Positions 10,842 to 22,608 of a DNA stretch of 64,000 nt are shown piece by piece. The notes beneath the pieces were generated by a model. The model saw only the letters and a program-made list of their open reading frames with translations. It did not search any database and was not told the origin of the DNA. Positions within the stretch are counted from its first letter, which is position 1; each line of letters starts with the position of its first letter. The DNA is from Trypanosoma brucei (Eukaryota). The stretch lies in contig CP000066.1 in NCBI GenBank assembly GCA_000002445.1, positions 1,408,001-1,472,000 of the forward strand, in the 5' to 3' direction. The position numbers and the translations under genes are program-made.

Positions 10842-11144
10842 GCGTTAAGAGAGGAGAAAACCAATAATGCCCATTATGTGGTGAAGGAATAATTTTATTT
10901 TACTTTATTTTTCTTTTCATAAATCATTGTGAACCCTGGGTAGTGACTACCCTGGGCTCACCATTGCATCCCGTTTTTTTTGTACGTATATTCGTTGCTC
11001 TTTTTCTCTCTGTCTTCATCTATTCTGTTATGATGTTACTATTCTTTTCCTTTGACTTTATTTCTTTTGTATTTTGTTTCCCGGTTCCTGTATTTTTTTT
11101 TCTAGGTTTGTTGGAAAGGTAATATCTGGTATTTGCAATAAAAA

Positions 11145-12188
11145 ATGAGCGACTTCCCCAAACTGATGCGCTTGAGAGTGGATGATGAGAACATGGAGAA
11201 GATTCATTCCGTAGCGCGTAAAGGCCAAACAGATGAAGTGAAACGGTTTGTAGAACAAGGCATTGATCCTTCCATCCAAAATAAGTTTGGTTGCACTGCC
11301 TTACATCTTGCGTGTAAGTTTGGTCAAGTTGAGACTGCGAAGTATTTATCAACCTTATGTGATTCTCATATATCATGGCACGGCCAGAAGCCACTTCACC
11401 TCGCGGTGCTTTCCAAAAAGGAGGATCTTGTGGAAGCCCTCGTTGCAGGGGCACGGGATCGCGGTCGTAATGTGGAGGCCATGTTAAACGAACATGATGA
11501 ATTTCAGGTAACGGAAATCGGGGAACATGATATCCACTCGGATGGGCAAACGGCGTTACACTGGTGTGTGGCCCTCGGAAGTGAGTATTTGCCCATGTTA
11601 AAGTTATTACTGAAGCTGGGTGCCTCACCGACCGCCAAAAGCAAGGAAAGTATGACGAGCCTAATGTATGCGATCATCACTAAGAATGAGGAGGCAATGG
11701 AATGTATGTTAGATGGGGCTAAAAGTGGACAACTCCGACTGGATTACCAAGACAAAGATGGGAGGACGCATTTGCATCACGCCATCTTGAGCAACCGTGA
11801 GGACTATGCCATGCGCTTTATTGAGTTGGGCCACGGTTTAGATCAGGAAGATGATAACCACGAGCCACCGCTGTTTCATGCACTCCGCGCTGCGATGCCT
11901 AAACTGCTGGCGTATCTGTTGGAGAACGTGGACACGTTTTCCGTTCAGCAAGCTCCCTTTCATAACGGCTCCACTGTCATGCCCGAGCGCATTCAATGGT
12001 TGCCTTTTGCAACTAATGAGCAGGAGCAGAATGAGTGCATAGCGTTGTTTCAAAAGCGTCTATCTGAAGTCTGCGCACCACAAGAAGCTGTTGTGAAGAA
12101 AAAGAAGGCCAATATCAAGAAGATGCACTTGGCGCCGTCTGCGCCTGTGCGCAAGCGCAGTGTCGGACGCCCTAAAGCCTCCAAATAG
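11145..12188 (+). CDS. Ankyrin-repeat protein
   Basis: ATG start. Repeated 'G.TALH.A...G....V..LL..GA' ankyrin consensus units: 'FGCTALHLACKFGQVETAKYL', 'GQKPLHLAVLSKKEDLVEALV', 'GQTALHWCVALGSEYLPMLKLLLKLGASP' and 'GRTHLHHAILSNREDYAMRFIELGHGLD'. Confidence 0.8.
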   Translation: MSDFPKLMRLRVDDENMEKIHSVARKGQTDEVKRFVEQGIDPSIQNKFGCTALHLACKFGQVETAKYLSTLCDSHISWHGQKPLHLAVLSKKEDLVEALVAGARDRGRNVEAMLNEHDEFQVTEIGEHDIHSDGQTALHWCVALGSEYLPMLKLLLKLGASPTAKSKESMTSLMYAIITKNEEAMECMLDGAKSGQLRLDYQDKDGRTHLHHAILSNREDYAMRFIELGHGLDQEDDNHEPPLFHALRAAMPKLLAYLLENVDTFSVQQAPFHNGSTVMPERIQWLPFATNEQEQNECIALFQKRLSEVCAPQEAVVKKKKANIKKMHLAPSAPVRKRSVGRPKASK

Positions 12189-13035
12189 TAATATGACCTT
12201 ACGGTGAACTCCGCGAGGGGAGAGAGAATGTATCAAATTTGGTTGTCTATAAGCACCACACTGCTAGCAACTGAACTGGGGGAAAAAGTGGTGCGGACTA
12301 AGGGCATATAACGTTAGATTAATGTTCTGGCGGCTACGCGAAATCTGTTTTGCTAGAGGGCTTCGTGGATACAGGATTGTATTAGGTGTAGTCGATACCA
12401 CTCTATAATATTATTATATCCTTTTTTTCTTCTCGTACCCCATCTCTTTCCACTTCGTTGCCAGCGCTTCTCATTGGTTACGTTACTCCCAGGTCCAAAA
12501 GTTCACTGTTTTTCCTTTTCAGTGACGCTCCGTGGAGGAGGGTGAAAGGGGAATATGGCCTTATTATGTGGGACGTGTGGGGAGACGTGGGGTGTGGTAG
12601 ACAAAAGAAATACGTGCCAGAGAGGTGGATTTGGCTCCTCCGGATTTCTGTTTTTCCCTCTTTTGTTTCTCTAACAGCTTGTTGGTGGACTCGCAGGTGG
12701 ACGGGCCTATCTGAGACCGTAGCATCAGATTTTTTTTTTGTATATAGTGCTCCCTTATTATCAGCCCAATTCCGGTTCAGATCCTGTTGCCCGGTTGTGG
12801 TGCTGTTGGGATCGTTTTCGTTTGAATGACGTCAAATCCCTTTGACGGTCGAACCGATAAATTATTTTTCCATTTTTTTTTTTGCGTTTCTTTATAGCTG
12901 ACCCGCTCTTAGGGAATTAGAGCCGCTTTTTTGAGGCCAGCGATATCTCTTTCACTTAGCGGCTGCAGGGACGGGGTATTTATTGCTATCTCACTTATAA
13001 TCTTCCTGCACTGTTACAAACCGTGTATTTGGGTC

Positions 13036-13056
13036 TACATATCCAAACACACACAT

Positions 13057-13080
<24 letters not shown>
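13036..13080. repeat. (CA)n-(TA)n compound microsatellite
   Basis: 'acacacatacacacacacacatatatatatatatatatatatac'. Confidence 0.9.
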
Positions 13081-13089
<9 letters not shown>

Positions 13090-13238
13090 CGTTTACATTT
13101 AAAGATTGTTTGGTCGTTTGCACGCGGAGCTCTTCTTCGTTCGGTGGCTGTTCTTCGGCGAAGTGAGGGTGAAAGGGAGCAAAAGGTCGTAACGTTTTAA
13201 ATAGAAGGTTTAAAGTTAGCTGTGTGCTGAGGTTATAC

Positions 13239-15176
13239 ATGTCCTCTCTCCCTTACCGCGCAGAAGGTGGCAGGGAGGGTTCAACCAACTCGGCGCTTCA
13301 GCGGGCTACCGACGCGTGTGGTGACGGAGATGTGGAAGGTAGGGGGTCTATGACTTCAGTTCTCAGGGCCCCAACCGTCCGTTTGGAGATGTCATACGGA
13401 GAATTCATCCGAGCCTGTACGAGGGGATATTGCTTCGACTGTTCGTGGAATATTGCTCCTCCCACTGTTCCCAATGCACCGATTTTGTACAATCTACTGC
13501 CGATGGTCGAGTTCTTGAAAAGCACAGAACCCCTCGGCGTAATGGGGGCCGAGTTGGATGCCATGGCCATTGGTGTTTTGAATAGTATTCCATTGTCTTA
13601 CCATCTGCTGCGCCCGCAGGTTGTGGAGGAGGCTCGTCAGTTGTCAATGGAGAGCGAGCGACGTGTGGAGAATGCGAAACAAAGGGCCATCGCTGAGGGT
13701 TTGTCCGACCAAACGACATGGAGCCCTGGAAGTGTGAACGAAAACCTTGATCCAAAGGATGCAGAATTGTTGGACACGGATATTGACGTCAGTATGATGC
13801 TAGAGCGTGACAAGCCCTCACTTACACATCTGCAACGCCCTCTGTATACAGATATGGGCCTGGTGTCACCAGAGCAGCGGCACTTGGAGCGCATCTCCCG
13901 CATTGTGCCTGATGAATTACGGAGCATAGTTTCGTTACCTCTGTCTCTGATGTCACAGACGCAGCCGGGCGGGCCTCCCCAACATGGGGGATATTTGTTG
14001 TCGTCTGCCTCACTCGCGGGTGCAGCTCGGGGCTCGGGGGAAACGTCGGAGAATACGGCTGTGCAATGGAAAGATGGTGTTATCGCGTCATTCAAGGCCG
14101 CTCGTTCGCTAGACGTTTCTCATGAGAAGATGCTTAAGGCCATCGCGCGGACAAAGCTCGGACTTGGTGGTGAGAACTGCCGAACACTCGCATTTGTCCA
14201 GCGACTGTGGAAGCTGCTTTTCGAGGGTACAAATGAAAGACAGCAATGTGGGATGTGGAGTTGTTTGTGTCACTTCTCCGCTAACTACGGTTCTCATGAC
14301 GAATCTGAGGAGGTGCTGGAGCATGCGGTAGAAGCTCTTGAGTTACCAGACCGTGGATTGTGGTGTAGTGTGACTCGGGAGTATGTCAAGTTACTGAGGG
14401 AGTACACGGCGTCTTTGCCTGGTGGCGTGGAAGAACGAAGGGCTGCTTTGCAAATTAGTGAGAGCGAGCTGAACCCCCCAAAAGGGGGAGCTTTTGGAGC
14501 AGACATATCGGTTGATAACCGGCTGCGGAGGGAACGGGGTGAACTTGGGCCGAACCGGCAACCGGTGCCCATCTACCCTGTAGAAGTGGTGCCATTATAC
14601 CCTGCAGGGTTCCAAGAGTACGCTGAAGTGTACGGCACCTCAGGCAATGAAGCTGCCAATGAAGTGAAGTTGGGTGAAGTTGAAACAGCGCTTCATCACG
14701 TTGTACTTCCAGGCGCTGTCGTCGGCCCGGAGTCCAGAAGCGGAGGGCCACATGTATTGGTGGCCAACACCAACCTTCTGGTGGCTGATAAGCAAAGCGA
14801 TTTGCAGGCTGCTGATGGGGTTACTCTTACCTACCACGCATCACGGGAGAACACGTTTGAACGACTGGTGCTGGATGCTAACAACACAAGTAGCTACTTA
14901 TTCCAATTGTGTTCGGTACCTGAGACTAGTGGCGACGTGCCCACGGGCCTTGCCAGTGCAGCTGGGCATTATGCTGTTTACCGTCGTCTTGCACTTCGGG
15001 ATTTGTACGTAAAAGCGCCCGATGCTAAAGATCCCCCATTGGAACGTTATGTAGTGGTCTTTGGAGAAAAAGAAAATCCACGCACAGAATCACGGAAACG
15101 GAGCCGTGAAGATTTAGGAGCAGGTGAAGGCTCGGCGTTTTACGGGACGGAGGGGGGGGGGAAATATGTTGAGTGA
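13239..15176 (+). CDS. Hypothetical protein
   Basis: The track ORF starts at GTG 13224; the first ATG is 13239 (MSSLPYRAEGG...). It is a 645-codon + strand ORF downstream of a microsatellite-rich intergenic region. I recognised no conserved domain. Confidence 0.55.
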   Translation: MSSLPYRAEGGREGSTNSALQRATDACGDGDVEGRGSMTSVLRAPTVRLEMSYGEFIRACTRGYCFDCSWNIAPPTVPNAPILYNLLPMVEFLKSTEPLGVMGAELDAMAIGVLNSIPLSYHLLRPQVVEEARQLSMESERRVENAKQRAIAEGLSDQTTWSPGSVNENLDPKDAELLDTDIDVSMMLERDKPSLTHLQRPLYTDMGLVSPEQRHLERISRIVPDELRSIVSLPLSLMSQTQPGGPPQHGGYLLSSASLAGAARGSGETSENTAVQWKDGVIASFKAARSLDVSHEKMLKAIARTKLGLGGENCRTLAFVQRLWKLLFEGTNERQQCGMWSCLCHFSANYGSHDESEEVLEHAVEALELPDRGLWCSVTREYVKLLREYTASLPGGVEERRAALQISESELNPPKGGAFGADISVDNRLRRERGELGPNRQPVPIYPVEVVPLYPAGFQEYAEVYGTSGNEAANEVKLGEVETALHHVVLPGAVVGPESRSGGPHVLVANTNLLVADKQSDLQAADGVTLTYHASRENTFERLVLDANNTSSYLFQLCSVPETSGDVPTGLASAAGHYAVYRRLALRDLYVKAPDAKDPPLERYVVVFGEKENPRTESRKRSREDLGAGEGSAFYGTEGGGKYVE

Positions 15177-16369
15177 CAGTCGAGGTGGGGTGGGGGCGTC
15201 TAATGACTAAGACTCAAATGGAGAAAGTGGCGGGAAATTGGGAGTGGGAGGGAGAGATGAGGAATCGTTTGAGGTGTTTACCAGCGCTCCGAAGTCAGGA
15301 TATACGCTTGGTATTTTTTGCGCTTTTATTTTTGTAACGATGTTGTGTCTGAGGGGTTGCGATATGGAGCACTTGGAAGCGAGTGACCAAATAGCGAAGA
15401 GTGGCCAACAGAAGGGAATGTGGGCTCAGTTTGATTAGGTATTTGGGTGAAGGATGGGTTTAATCGTAAAACAAGGATGAGTAAATTCAAAGTGTTAAAC
15501 AACAGTGTATTGGCTGCGGGGACTATCCGGATGTTGTATCGAGGATTTGATTTGGTGCATAAATAACTGTAGGTGGAAATGTGTTTTTGTTCCGAATCAC
15601 GCATCTCCGCACTTTTTTCCTCCATATTTCGCCGTAATTTTCTTTCTCTTTTTTTTCGCGGTCTCTCATCGGCCTCTTCCTTCTTCTTTCCGTTTTAGTT
15701 TATTATAAAAAAATTTTCCGTACCTAATTGCCTCCCCCGTTGGGGGTCAAGTGTGGAAGTAAGACATATACTTCCGTCTTACTACGCCCTTGCCTTAAGC
15801 ACTGCATTTCTGATTTTTGCGTGCTCCCTCAGTCGTTAAATCTTTTTTTTCGCCTTCTCTCTTCTTTTTATCACAAACATTAAGTTTCATCCTTATAGAG
15901 GCCGGTCGCATTTGTGTAGCCATCGCTCTTCTTTATTTTTTTTTCTTTGGTTGCTGCTGAGGGAAGAAATTGTTCCGTCCGTTACCTTCACAATTAGTAA
16001 GTGAAGACAGTAACGTACATTAGTGTGATAAAAAAGCAACGGGAAGGAGGGGGAAAAAAAAGAAGAAGAGTTGATACAACTACTGCAGGTACTACAAGAG
16101 TTGGAACGAAGGGAGTGAGTGGCATTTACTAAAACATCAGCCCCAAACGAAGGCGAACTTGATAGAAGAAGAACAAAAAAAAAATAACGGAAACGGAGCT
16201 AAGGGAAAAACCGTTGTGAAAAAAAAACGTCTTTTTGATTTGGAATAAGGCCACATTGACTGATTGAAAGTAGTTGGGCCGAATAACAGGCGTAAGGTGG
16301 AAGAGAACATAGAAAAGCTTAGACGACGGAAGGTGACAGGACTGAAGGGTGAGAAACAACGATCGAATC

Positions 16370-17965
16370 ATGCCTGTAGTGTCGACTGTCGCCGGCGCAT
16401 CACTGGAGACGGAGTGGAAGAAATGTATGAAACGTGACGAAACCAGTTATAACATTTCTTATTCCCACGACAGCAAGCAGAAGTGGGTTCATACGGATAT
16501 AGTGGCAAATATCCCATCATCAATGTGTGGCGGCGTTAACACGAACAATCATGGACCAACGAAACCTTCTTCTCGGACTTCAGTAGAGGAGAAACACGTG
16601 TCGAAGGAGGAACCCTCTTCTGCTGTACGACGTGCACCGTTTCGGTCACTAAACGGGAGGGCTTACGCTGTTCCCTTAAGCATGCTGAAGGAATTCGACG
16701 CCATCTATCAGCACGTGCAGAAGGCTCAGCATCCACCCAGGCGAGACGACCCCCTCTTTTCACCTTTAAGCTCTCCCGGTGTGCTTTGGCGCCACGACCC
16801 CTACAGCGCAAAGGTACTCAATACAACTTTTTCGTCTTCCGGGAGTCACCTTTCTTCCACTGAAGAGGATGAGGAATGTGGAACATCAAAAAGGGTTGTA
16901 GAAGGCATCGTTACACGGTCGATTGGTGTCGTAAACGCGGCGCAGATGCAGCGGCTACCGATACGCCCACCACCAATTCCCAGTTGGATGCCGCAGAACC
17001 TTCGGACATCGAACTCTGCAGTTTTGACAATGCCAGTTGAGATAACCCCCCGCACTATTCAACCCTCAACACGTCCAGTGCCACCTCCCAGCGGTTGTTG
17101 TTTTGTTGTTCACTCCATAACTCCCACACGGCAGCCTCCTGCGCGTTCTGAATGCCAAAGCGCATTAGGAGTGGCAGAAATGGAGGACTCGCTGAATGCT
17201 TGCGGCGATTTTGTTCCGCAATTATGCCGAAAGCGTCCGTTAAGGCGCCTGAGCGAGGACTGTAAGAGGGACGAGTTCCCCATGTTGCTGCCGTCTTTTC
17301 GCGCTCTGCCTCCGCTCTTTCAAGACCTCACGGTCCACATGAGTCGGCGCCCTCCTCCACTGAGCAAACGGCCAAGGAATGTTTCGGATGAGAACCAATC
17401 GCGACCTGAAGGGGTACGTTATGTATATCTTGTTGATCACCGTTGCAGGCGCAGTGTTTGCGCGGCTGGCGTCCTCTATAAATTAAGCGAGATGGTTGTC
17501 CTTGAGGGTGACATGGGAATTGACATGGGAACTGTGCACGCCGTCCTCCCTGTAGAGGAATTTGACCAGTTGCATGGTGACGAATTGATAAGTCGGGGCT
17601 TTCCTGCGGCTGAGTGGCATGTGATGGCATCTGCTCTCATTTTGCGTTCAGCCACTACAGCGGAGATACATCATTACGACGGGGCGCTTTACAGCTTCTC
17701 AAAGGATCTCCTATCATTCTTGCGTAATCGCCTTGTCCCCGCGAGATTTTCGGATTGCCGCGTGGAGAACATGGAATTCCTTGGTTGTGAATTCCAGGCG
17801 GACTGCAAAAAAGTGTATGTTTACTACAGGGCGAGGCGACGCGTATTGTTCCGCGAGTTAGCACAATACCTTCATTCTTTTTACCGGTGCCGTATTTGGC
17901 TTCATGAGGTGGGCCGCGACAGTCCCAACAGCTCAGGTGCCACAACTCCTGATTTAAGTAATTGA
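16370..17965 (+). CDS. Hypothetical protein
   Basis: The track ORF starts at GTG 16349; the first ATG is 16370 (MPVVSTVAGAS...). It is a 531-codon + strand ORF with no recognisable domain. Confidence 0.55.
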   Translation: MPVVSTVAGASLETEWKKCMKRDETSYNISYSHDSKQKWVHTDIVANIPSSMCGGVNTNNHGPTKPSSRTSVEEKHVSKEEPSSAVRRAPFRSLNGRAYAVPLSMLKEFDAIYQHVQKAQHPPRRDDPLFSPLSSPGVLWRHDPYSAKVLNTTFSSSGSHLSSTEEDEECGTSKRVVEGIVTRSIGVVNAAQMQRLPIRPPPIPSWMPQNLRTSNSAVLTMPVEITPRTIQPSTRPVPPPSGCCFVVHSITPTRQPPARSECQSALGVAEMEDSLNACGDFVPQLCRKRPLRRLSEDCKRDEFPMLLPSFRALPPLFQDLTVHMSRRPPPLSKRPRNVSDENQSRPEGVRYVYLVDHRCRRSVCAAGVLYKLSEMVVLEGDMGIDMGTVHAVLPVEEFDQLHGDELISRGFPAAEWHVMASALILRSATTAEIHHYDGALYSFSKDLLSFLRNRLVPARFSDCRVENMEFLGCEFQADCKKVYVYYRARRRVLFRELAQYLHSFYRCRIWLHEVGRDSPNSSGATTPDLSN

Positions 17966-18581
17966 GCATCTCTGACGCTCATTTCTCCCTTTTGAATTGT
18001 GGAGCGAGGGAGATGGTTGCGGCGATGTGCAAACGGTGAATGCACAAGAGAGAAAAAAGCGAAAAAATAATAATAATTCTAAAGTGTCTGTAGACATGAC
18101 TAAGGAGAGAAAACCTCTCCCTCTACATTTCACCTTATTGTATTCCATTTTATTTCTTTACTTAACAAAAAAAGAAAATAACTGTAAGTGACTTAACTAT
18201 ATTCCCTTCCCTTTAAACCTGTTTTCATCCCCTTTCATTCCCTTTCCTTATTTTTCTCGTTATTTTTAAAAAAAAAGCTGTGTGTGCTGCTGGGTGTGTT
18301 TTTATACATTAATTTATTTTCATGTTGCAATATTTCCTCCCTCTCATCTCTTTTCTGCATTCCACGGATTCACGTGCGTTGGGGTAATGAAAGAAGAAAA
18401 TCTCAATTTCTGATGGTGGAGTCAAATCCTCCACTTTTTTATGTTTTATGGTATGTTTTATGGTATGTTTTATTGTTTTTTTTAATTGTTTTATTATTTA
18501 TTATTTTTTTTCCCCCATTTCAAAATTCGTTCGACCCACATTTGTGTTGATGCTTCGTTTCATTGAACCCTTTTCTCCCTA

Positions 18582-18625
18582 CTCTCACTCTCACTCTCAC
18601 ACGCACACGCACACGCACATGCACG
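18582..18625. repeat. (CTCA)n / (CACG)n / (CA)n compound microsatellite
   Basis: 'ctctcactctcactctcacacgcacacgcacacgcacatgcacg'. Confidence 0.85.
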
Positions 18626-20792
18626 ATTATACGAAAATATGTGAAAGTTATATATTTATTTATGAATGTGCTTATTTTTTGGTTAATGCAACTTCTCAAC
18701 CCCCCTTTTCCCCGTTATTATTTCACATGTACCGTTTTTTAAGCGATGCGACGCACTTACACTCTCTGCATGATGAAACGGAGTTTCGCGACACCCCATT
18801 TTAAAATTTTTATTGTTTATCTTTTTTCTTTTTTTTGCTCCTATAAATGTAGTTTTTACACAATATCACATAATATAATTTAATATGACTTCACATTATT
18901 TAATACAATCTCATTATTTTTCTTTTTTTTTTTGTGTGTGTGTGTATGTGCGGTTAAACGACCCTCTATGAGGCAGTTGCTTGTTGTCAATATCGTTATT
19001 TGTATTTTAAAACGAAAACAATAAGGGAACTGCAAAGGAACAGACAAAAAGGAAAAAAATAAAATAAACAACAAGAGGACACTCACAGAATAAACCGAAT
19101 AAAATCCAGCATTCAATAATAAAACAATGACAACATCAACAGAAAACAGAACACAGAAGGAAACACGAACAGAAAATAGGAGGAAAACAGAACCCGTTGA
19201 CAAAAAATAAAAACAGAAGAAAAAAAACACAGAGAGAAAAAGAATTAGTCAATATACCTCAGTATAAAATGAAATATTAACGGAAAGAATATGTTATGAT
19301 TTTGCCCGTTTGTTCTTTCTTCGATGCCGTTGCAATAATGGTAAAAATGATAATAATAATAATTAAAAAAAACGTTTTCCCCTCCGATATTTTTATTTTA
19401 TATCCTTCCTCTTTTTTTTTTTTGCTTTGCATTTTGGTTTGCACATAACTTTGTGCAGTTCACGTTCACACGATGGCGCTGCTGCTCACAGGCACTCAAC
19501 GCATCCACTTCAAGAAGTGAGAAGATAAAAAAAGAAAATAAAAATGAAGCTATCAAATCTGCTCCACCCATACAATCCACGACTATTCTTACATACTTAC
19601 ATTTTTTTCTTTTAAATAAATAAATAAATATATATATATATATTCTTTTCTTGTTGTTGTTTTTGTTCACATAAATATCAAATAACAAATAATAAATACA
19701 TTCGTTTTACTATTTATCCAATCACTTCCGATTTTCACAAATGACTTTGTTTCGCTTCGATACCCTTCAAAACACCGCTGCGTGGGACGGATTCAAAAGA
19801 ATAACTTGCAGACGACTAGCGGCAATGGGAGGAGGAAAAAAAAAAGACAAAAAGAACTGACGCACACGAGTTAGAAGTTGATAACTGTTGTGAGAAGGAA
19901 GAAGAAGAAGCAAAGGGGCGGAAAAAAAAAAGGAGACAAACAGAGCAACAACAACAACAACAGCTAATTTTCTCATTATTATTATTATTGCTATTATCAC
20001 TATTGTTATTTTTGTTTTGCCGGTCACTAGAAGAATATACACCCGTATTGAAATAAATAAAATAAGTAAATTTTAATTTGTTTTGTAACTATTATTTCCC
20101 ATATTTTAAGCGACCAAATATTTACATCAAGGCAGAACACTTTGGATGATATGATCTCCAAAAGAAGGAAGATAATGCAATTGTATATGTATATGCATAT
20201 GTATGAGTGTGTGGGTTTTATAAAAGAAAGCACGTGACACAATTAATGGCAGAAAAGAGGGAGAAAATGCATAAAACGAAAGTCGCTCCAATGAACAATA
20301 ATGAAATATAGGACACAAAATATTAAAGATGGGGGATCAAATCGAAGGGCAGAGGGGCGGGGAGGGAGGGCGGAGGAAAGAAAAAAAAAAGATAATAGCC
20401 TGATAAAAAGAAAATACGAATATATATATATATATATAACTATTTATATTTTATATGTTTTTTTTTCTTTTTATAACGTTATCGCGTGATGACATGAATT
20501 ATTGGGAGGGTGTGGGTTTTTATCGTTTCCTTATTTTCTTTTAATTTCAGAAAAAAGAAGTTGTTTTTGTTTTTTTATTTTTTAATTTTACTTTTTAAAT
20601 TATCAGGTATGTTCTCATTACCTCTCCTGCGATGTGACTACACGCCTTTATGTTTCACTGAATCCAAATTCTTTCGTGTCTTTACTTCCATTTTTTTTTC
20701 TCTTATCCCCCCATATATTTACTTTAATTTTTATTATTTATCGGAACATGACTTAAGCGATTACCTGACTTGGATATCAGTCAACTAAGCAC

Positions 20793-20814
20793 GCACACAC
20801 ACACACACACACAT
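20793..20814. repeat. (AC)11 microsatellite
   Basis: 'gcacacacacacacacacacaca'. Confidence 0.9.
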
Positions 20815-21043
20815 AATCAAGTGAATTAGAAAGAAGAACAAAAAAAATCAAAGAAAGCAAATTTAAGGATACGATAAGGGCAGATCAAAGTGAAGAAGAA
20901 AAAAAACAACAATAACAACAACAATAATAATAATAACAGCAAAAAAATAAAAATAAAAAGGAAAGAGTATAAATTATTCACTCAAATTGCCCACTGTTTT
21001 TTTTTAATTTTGCTTACTTGTTACTACTTGAACGCAATCACAT

Positions 21044-21640
21044 ATGCCCTCCGCTGAAACACTACTGAAGGATTTGTTCGGTTCTCATACCGTTGAGTTG
21101 CTTCGGCAGGATGGCAAAATGGTACCCGCAACAACTGCTCTTGAAGGTAAGAAATATTTGCTTGTATATTTCTCCGCCTCATGGTGCCCTCCGTGTCGTG
21201 TTTTCACACCACAACTCGCCACATTTCATGAGCTTTTCAGCGCAAAACACAATTTTGATGTGATATTTGTTTCACGAGACAAGGATGAGTCCTCCATGTC
21301 TGCTTATTTCTACAATCCAAAGTACAGCAGTTTATCCGTAAGTGGTGGCGAATGTTCTCATGGGGACTGGCTTGCATTGCCCTTCACACAAGCGCAGACT
21401 GTAGGAAAGGAAATAATGAGCCGATATGGTTTAAACACGATTCCTAATATTCTTTTGTTTGACCTCAGCACGGAGGAGTTGGTGACAAGTGAGGCACGTC
21501 AATTGATTGGATCCAACTGCCGGTCGGCTGAAGGTTTCCCGTGGCGTGGCGCCTCGGCTCCGGTAATTTCGTTTCAAGGATTGGCAACTGTATTTGTTGT
21601 GTTTTTGATGTTGTATCAATTTTGGCAGTCGTGGAGTTGA
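21044..21640 (+). CDS. TXN2: Tryparedoxin (thioredoxin-fold, WCPPC active site) with C-terminal hydrophobic tail anchor
   Basis: ATG start. 'KYLLVYFSASWCPPCRVFTPQL' contains the tryparedoxin-specific WCPPCR motif. 'WLALPF', 'IPNILLFD' and 'FPWRG' align with classical tryparedoxin 'WLAVPF', 'IPTLIGVD' and 'FPWKD'. The last ~25 residues 'APVISFQGLATVFVVFLMLYQFWQSWS' form a predicted transmembrane segment, as in the tail-anchored tryparedoxin II known from trypanosomes. The gene symbol is assigned by analogy only. Confidence 0.85.
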   Translation: MPSAETLLKDLFGSHTVELLRQDGKMVPATTALEGKKYLLVYFSASWCPPCRVFTPQLATFHELFSAKHNFDVIFVSRDKDESSMSAYFYNPKYSSLSVSGGECSHGDWLALPFTQAQTVGKEIMSRYGLNTIPNILLFDLSTEELVTSEARQLIGSNCRSAEGFPWRGASAPVISFQGLATVFVVFLMLYQFWQSWS

Positions 21641-22497
21641 GTGAACTGCCTAATTGGGGTAATAAACTGATTTTATTTCCTCTTGCCCATATTTGTGTGG
21701 TATCCCTTTAGTAGTTATGCGCGTGGGAAATCAGCATGAATGGTTGAAAGGGAATTGTGTGGGGATTTTTTTTTGGGGGGAGGGGGAGATGACCAGTGAT
21801 TACGCTGGAAGTATTTTTTTAAAATTTTCTTTTCTGCTATTTCGTGTGTGTGTGTGGGCGGGCACATTGTTATTTGTGTTTGATATAAGTCAAAGGAATA
21901 ATGAATGAATGAATGGGATGCGTGAGAGCTAATTGTGTATTGTGGTGTGTTCTACTCTGTTTTATTTTTGTCTTCGTATCTTCATCCATCGTATTTGCCA
22001 TTGGGTCTGTTCTCCTTCCCATCATTACTCGTACTGTCTTTGAAGACTTGCGCCCCTTATCTTGAACTTTAAATCTTTTTTCTTTGTTGCTGTCATCACC
22101 TTGCGTGCGATGTTCGTGCAGGAAGCGCCGTGAAAAGCAACAACAACAACACCAGTAAACTTCAGCGAGAGGGAGGCAGGGATATGTGCATGAGCGATGT
22201 GTGAGTGTGAAAAAGTGTAGGGCGGGTTGCAGTCACAACATTGTTGTTTAAATCTCCTTTCAGTATATGTCTTACTTCTTCTTTTCCAACTCTGCTGAAG
22301 CTCCTTTTGTTTGTTGCTTTTGCATTTGAATTTCATTCGTAACCCCTTCTTTTTTGCGTCATTATTGCTCATCCTTTCTTTCCTTCTTTTTACCATAACT
22401 TGGGTAAAAGAGGTTGCAGAGTTGTTCTCCCTTCCTTGCTCCTCTTTCGAACACCTGTCGAGAATAAGGGAAAGGGAAAAAAAAGAGAAAGAGTGTG

Positions 22498-22598
22498 TGC
22501 CTACCTCTCTTTCTTTCTTTCTTATTTTTTTTTTTTTGCGTGGGCAACTCATTTCGTTGGGTTGGAACTACTCACACGCTTTCTCAATAAACACACAG
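22498..22598 (+). promoter_or_regulatory. Polypyrimidine tract / trans-splice acceptor region upstream of XPB paralogue
   Basis: 'cctacctctctttctttctttcttattttttttttttgcg...cacag' ends 10 nt before ATG 22609. Confidence 0.4.
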
Positions 22599-22608
22599 TC
22601 ATTGGGTG

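Noticed and set aside
12829-12846. Perfect 7-bp stem hairpin 'cgtcaaa tccc tttgacg', whose loop resembles a T-loop-like 'tcaaatcc'.
   Set aside because: The stem and loop geometry (7-bp stem, 4-nt loop) does not fit a tRNA T-arm. No acceptor, D or anticodon arms could be built around it. It is most likely an incidental hairpin in a UTR.
20476-20482. 'gtgatga' C-box-like heptamers in intergenic regions (also ~58489 and ~58521) as possible C/D snoRNAs.
   Set aside because: No matching 'ctga' D box at 60-100 nt spacing, no terminal stem, and no tandem repetition as is usual for trypanosome snoRNA clusters. It cannot be supported without a covariance-model scan.
18284-20788. Short Phe/Leu/Ile-rich or Lys-rich ORFs inside the 3-kb gene-free interval (18448..18804, 18880..19230, 19398..19688, 19767..20042, 20510..20788).
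   Set aside because: These are pure low-complexity translations of T-rich, A-rich and microsatellite DNA, with no coding signature.
22025-22552. 175-aa Lys-rich minus-strand ORF in the intergenic region upstream of the XPB gene, plus the overlapping + strand ORFs 22311..22697 and 22400..22609.
   Set aside because: These are translations of a purine-rich strand that is the complement of the polyY tract. There is no domain and they oppose the direction of the gene cluster.
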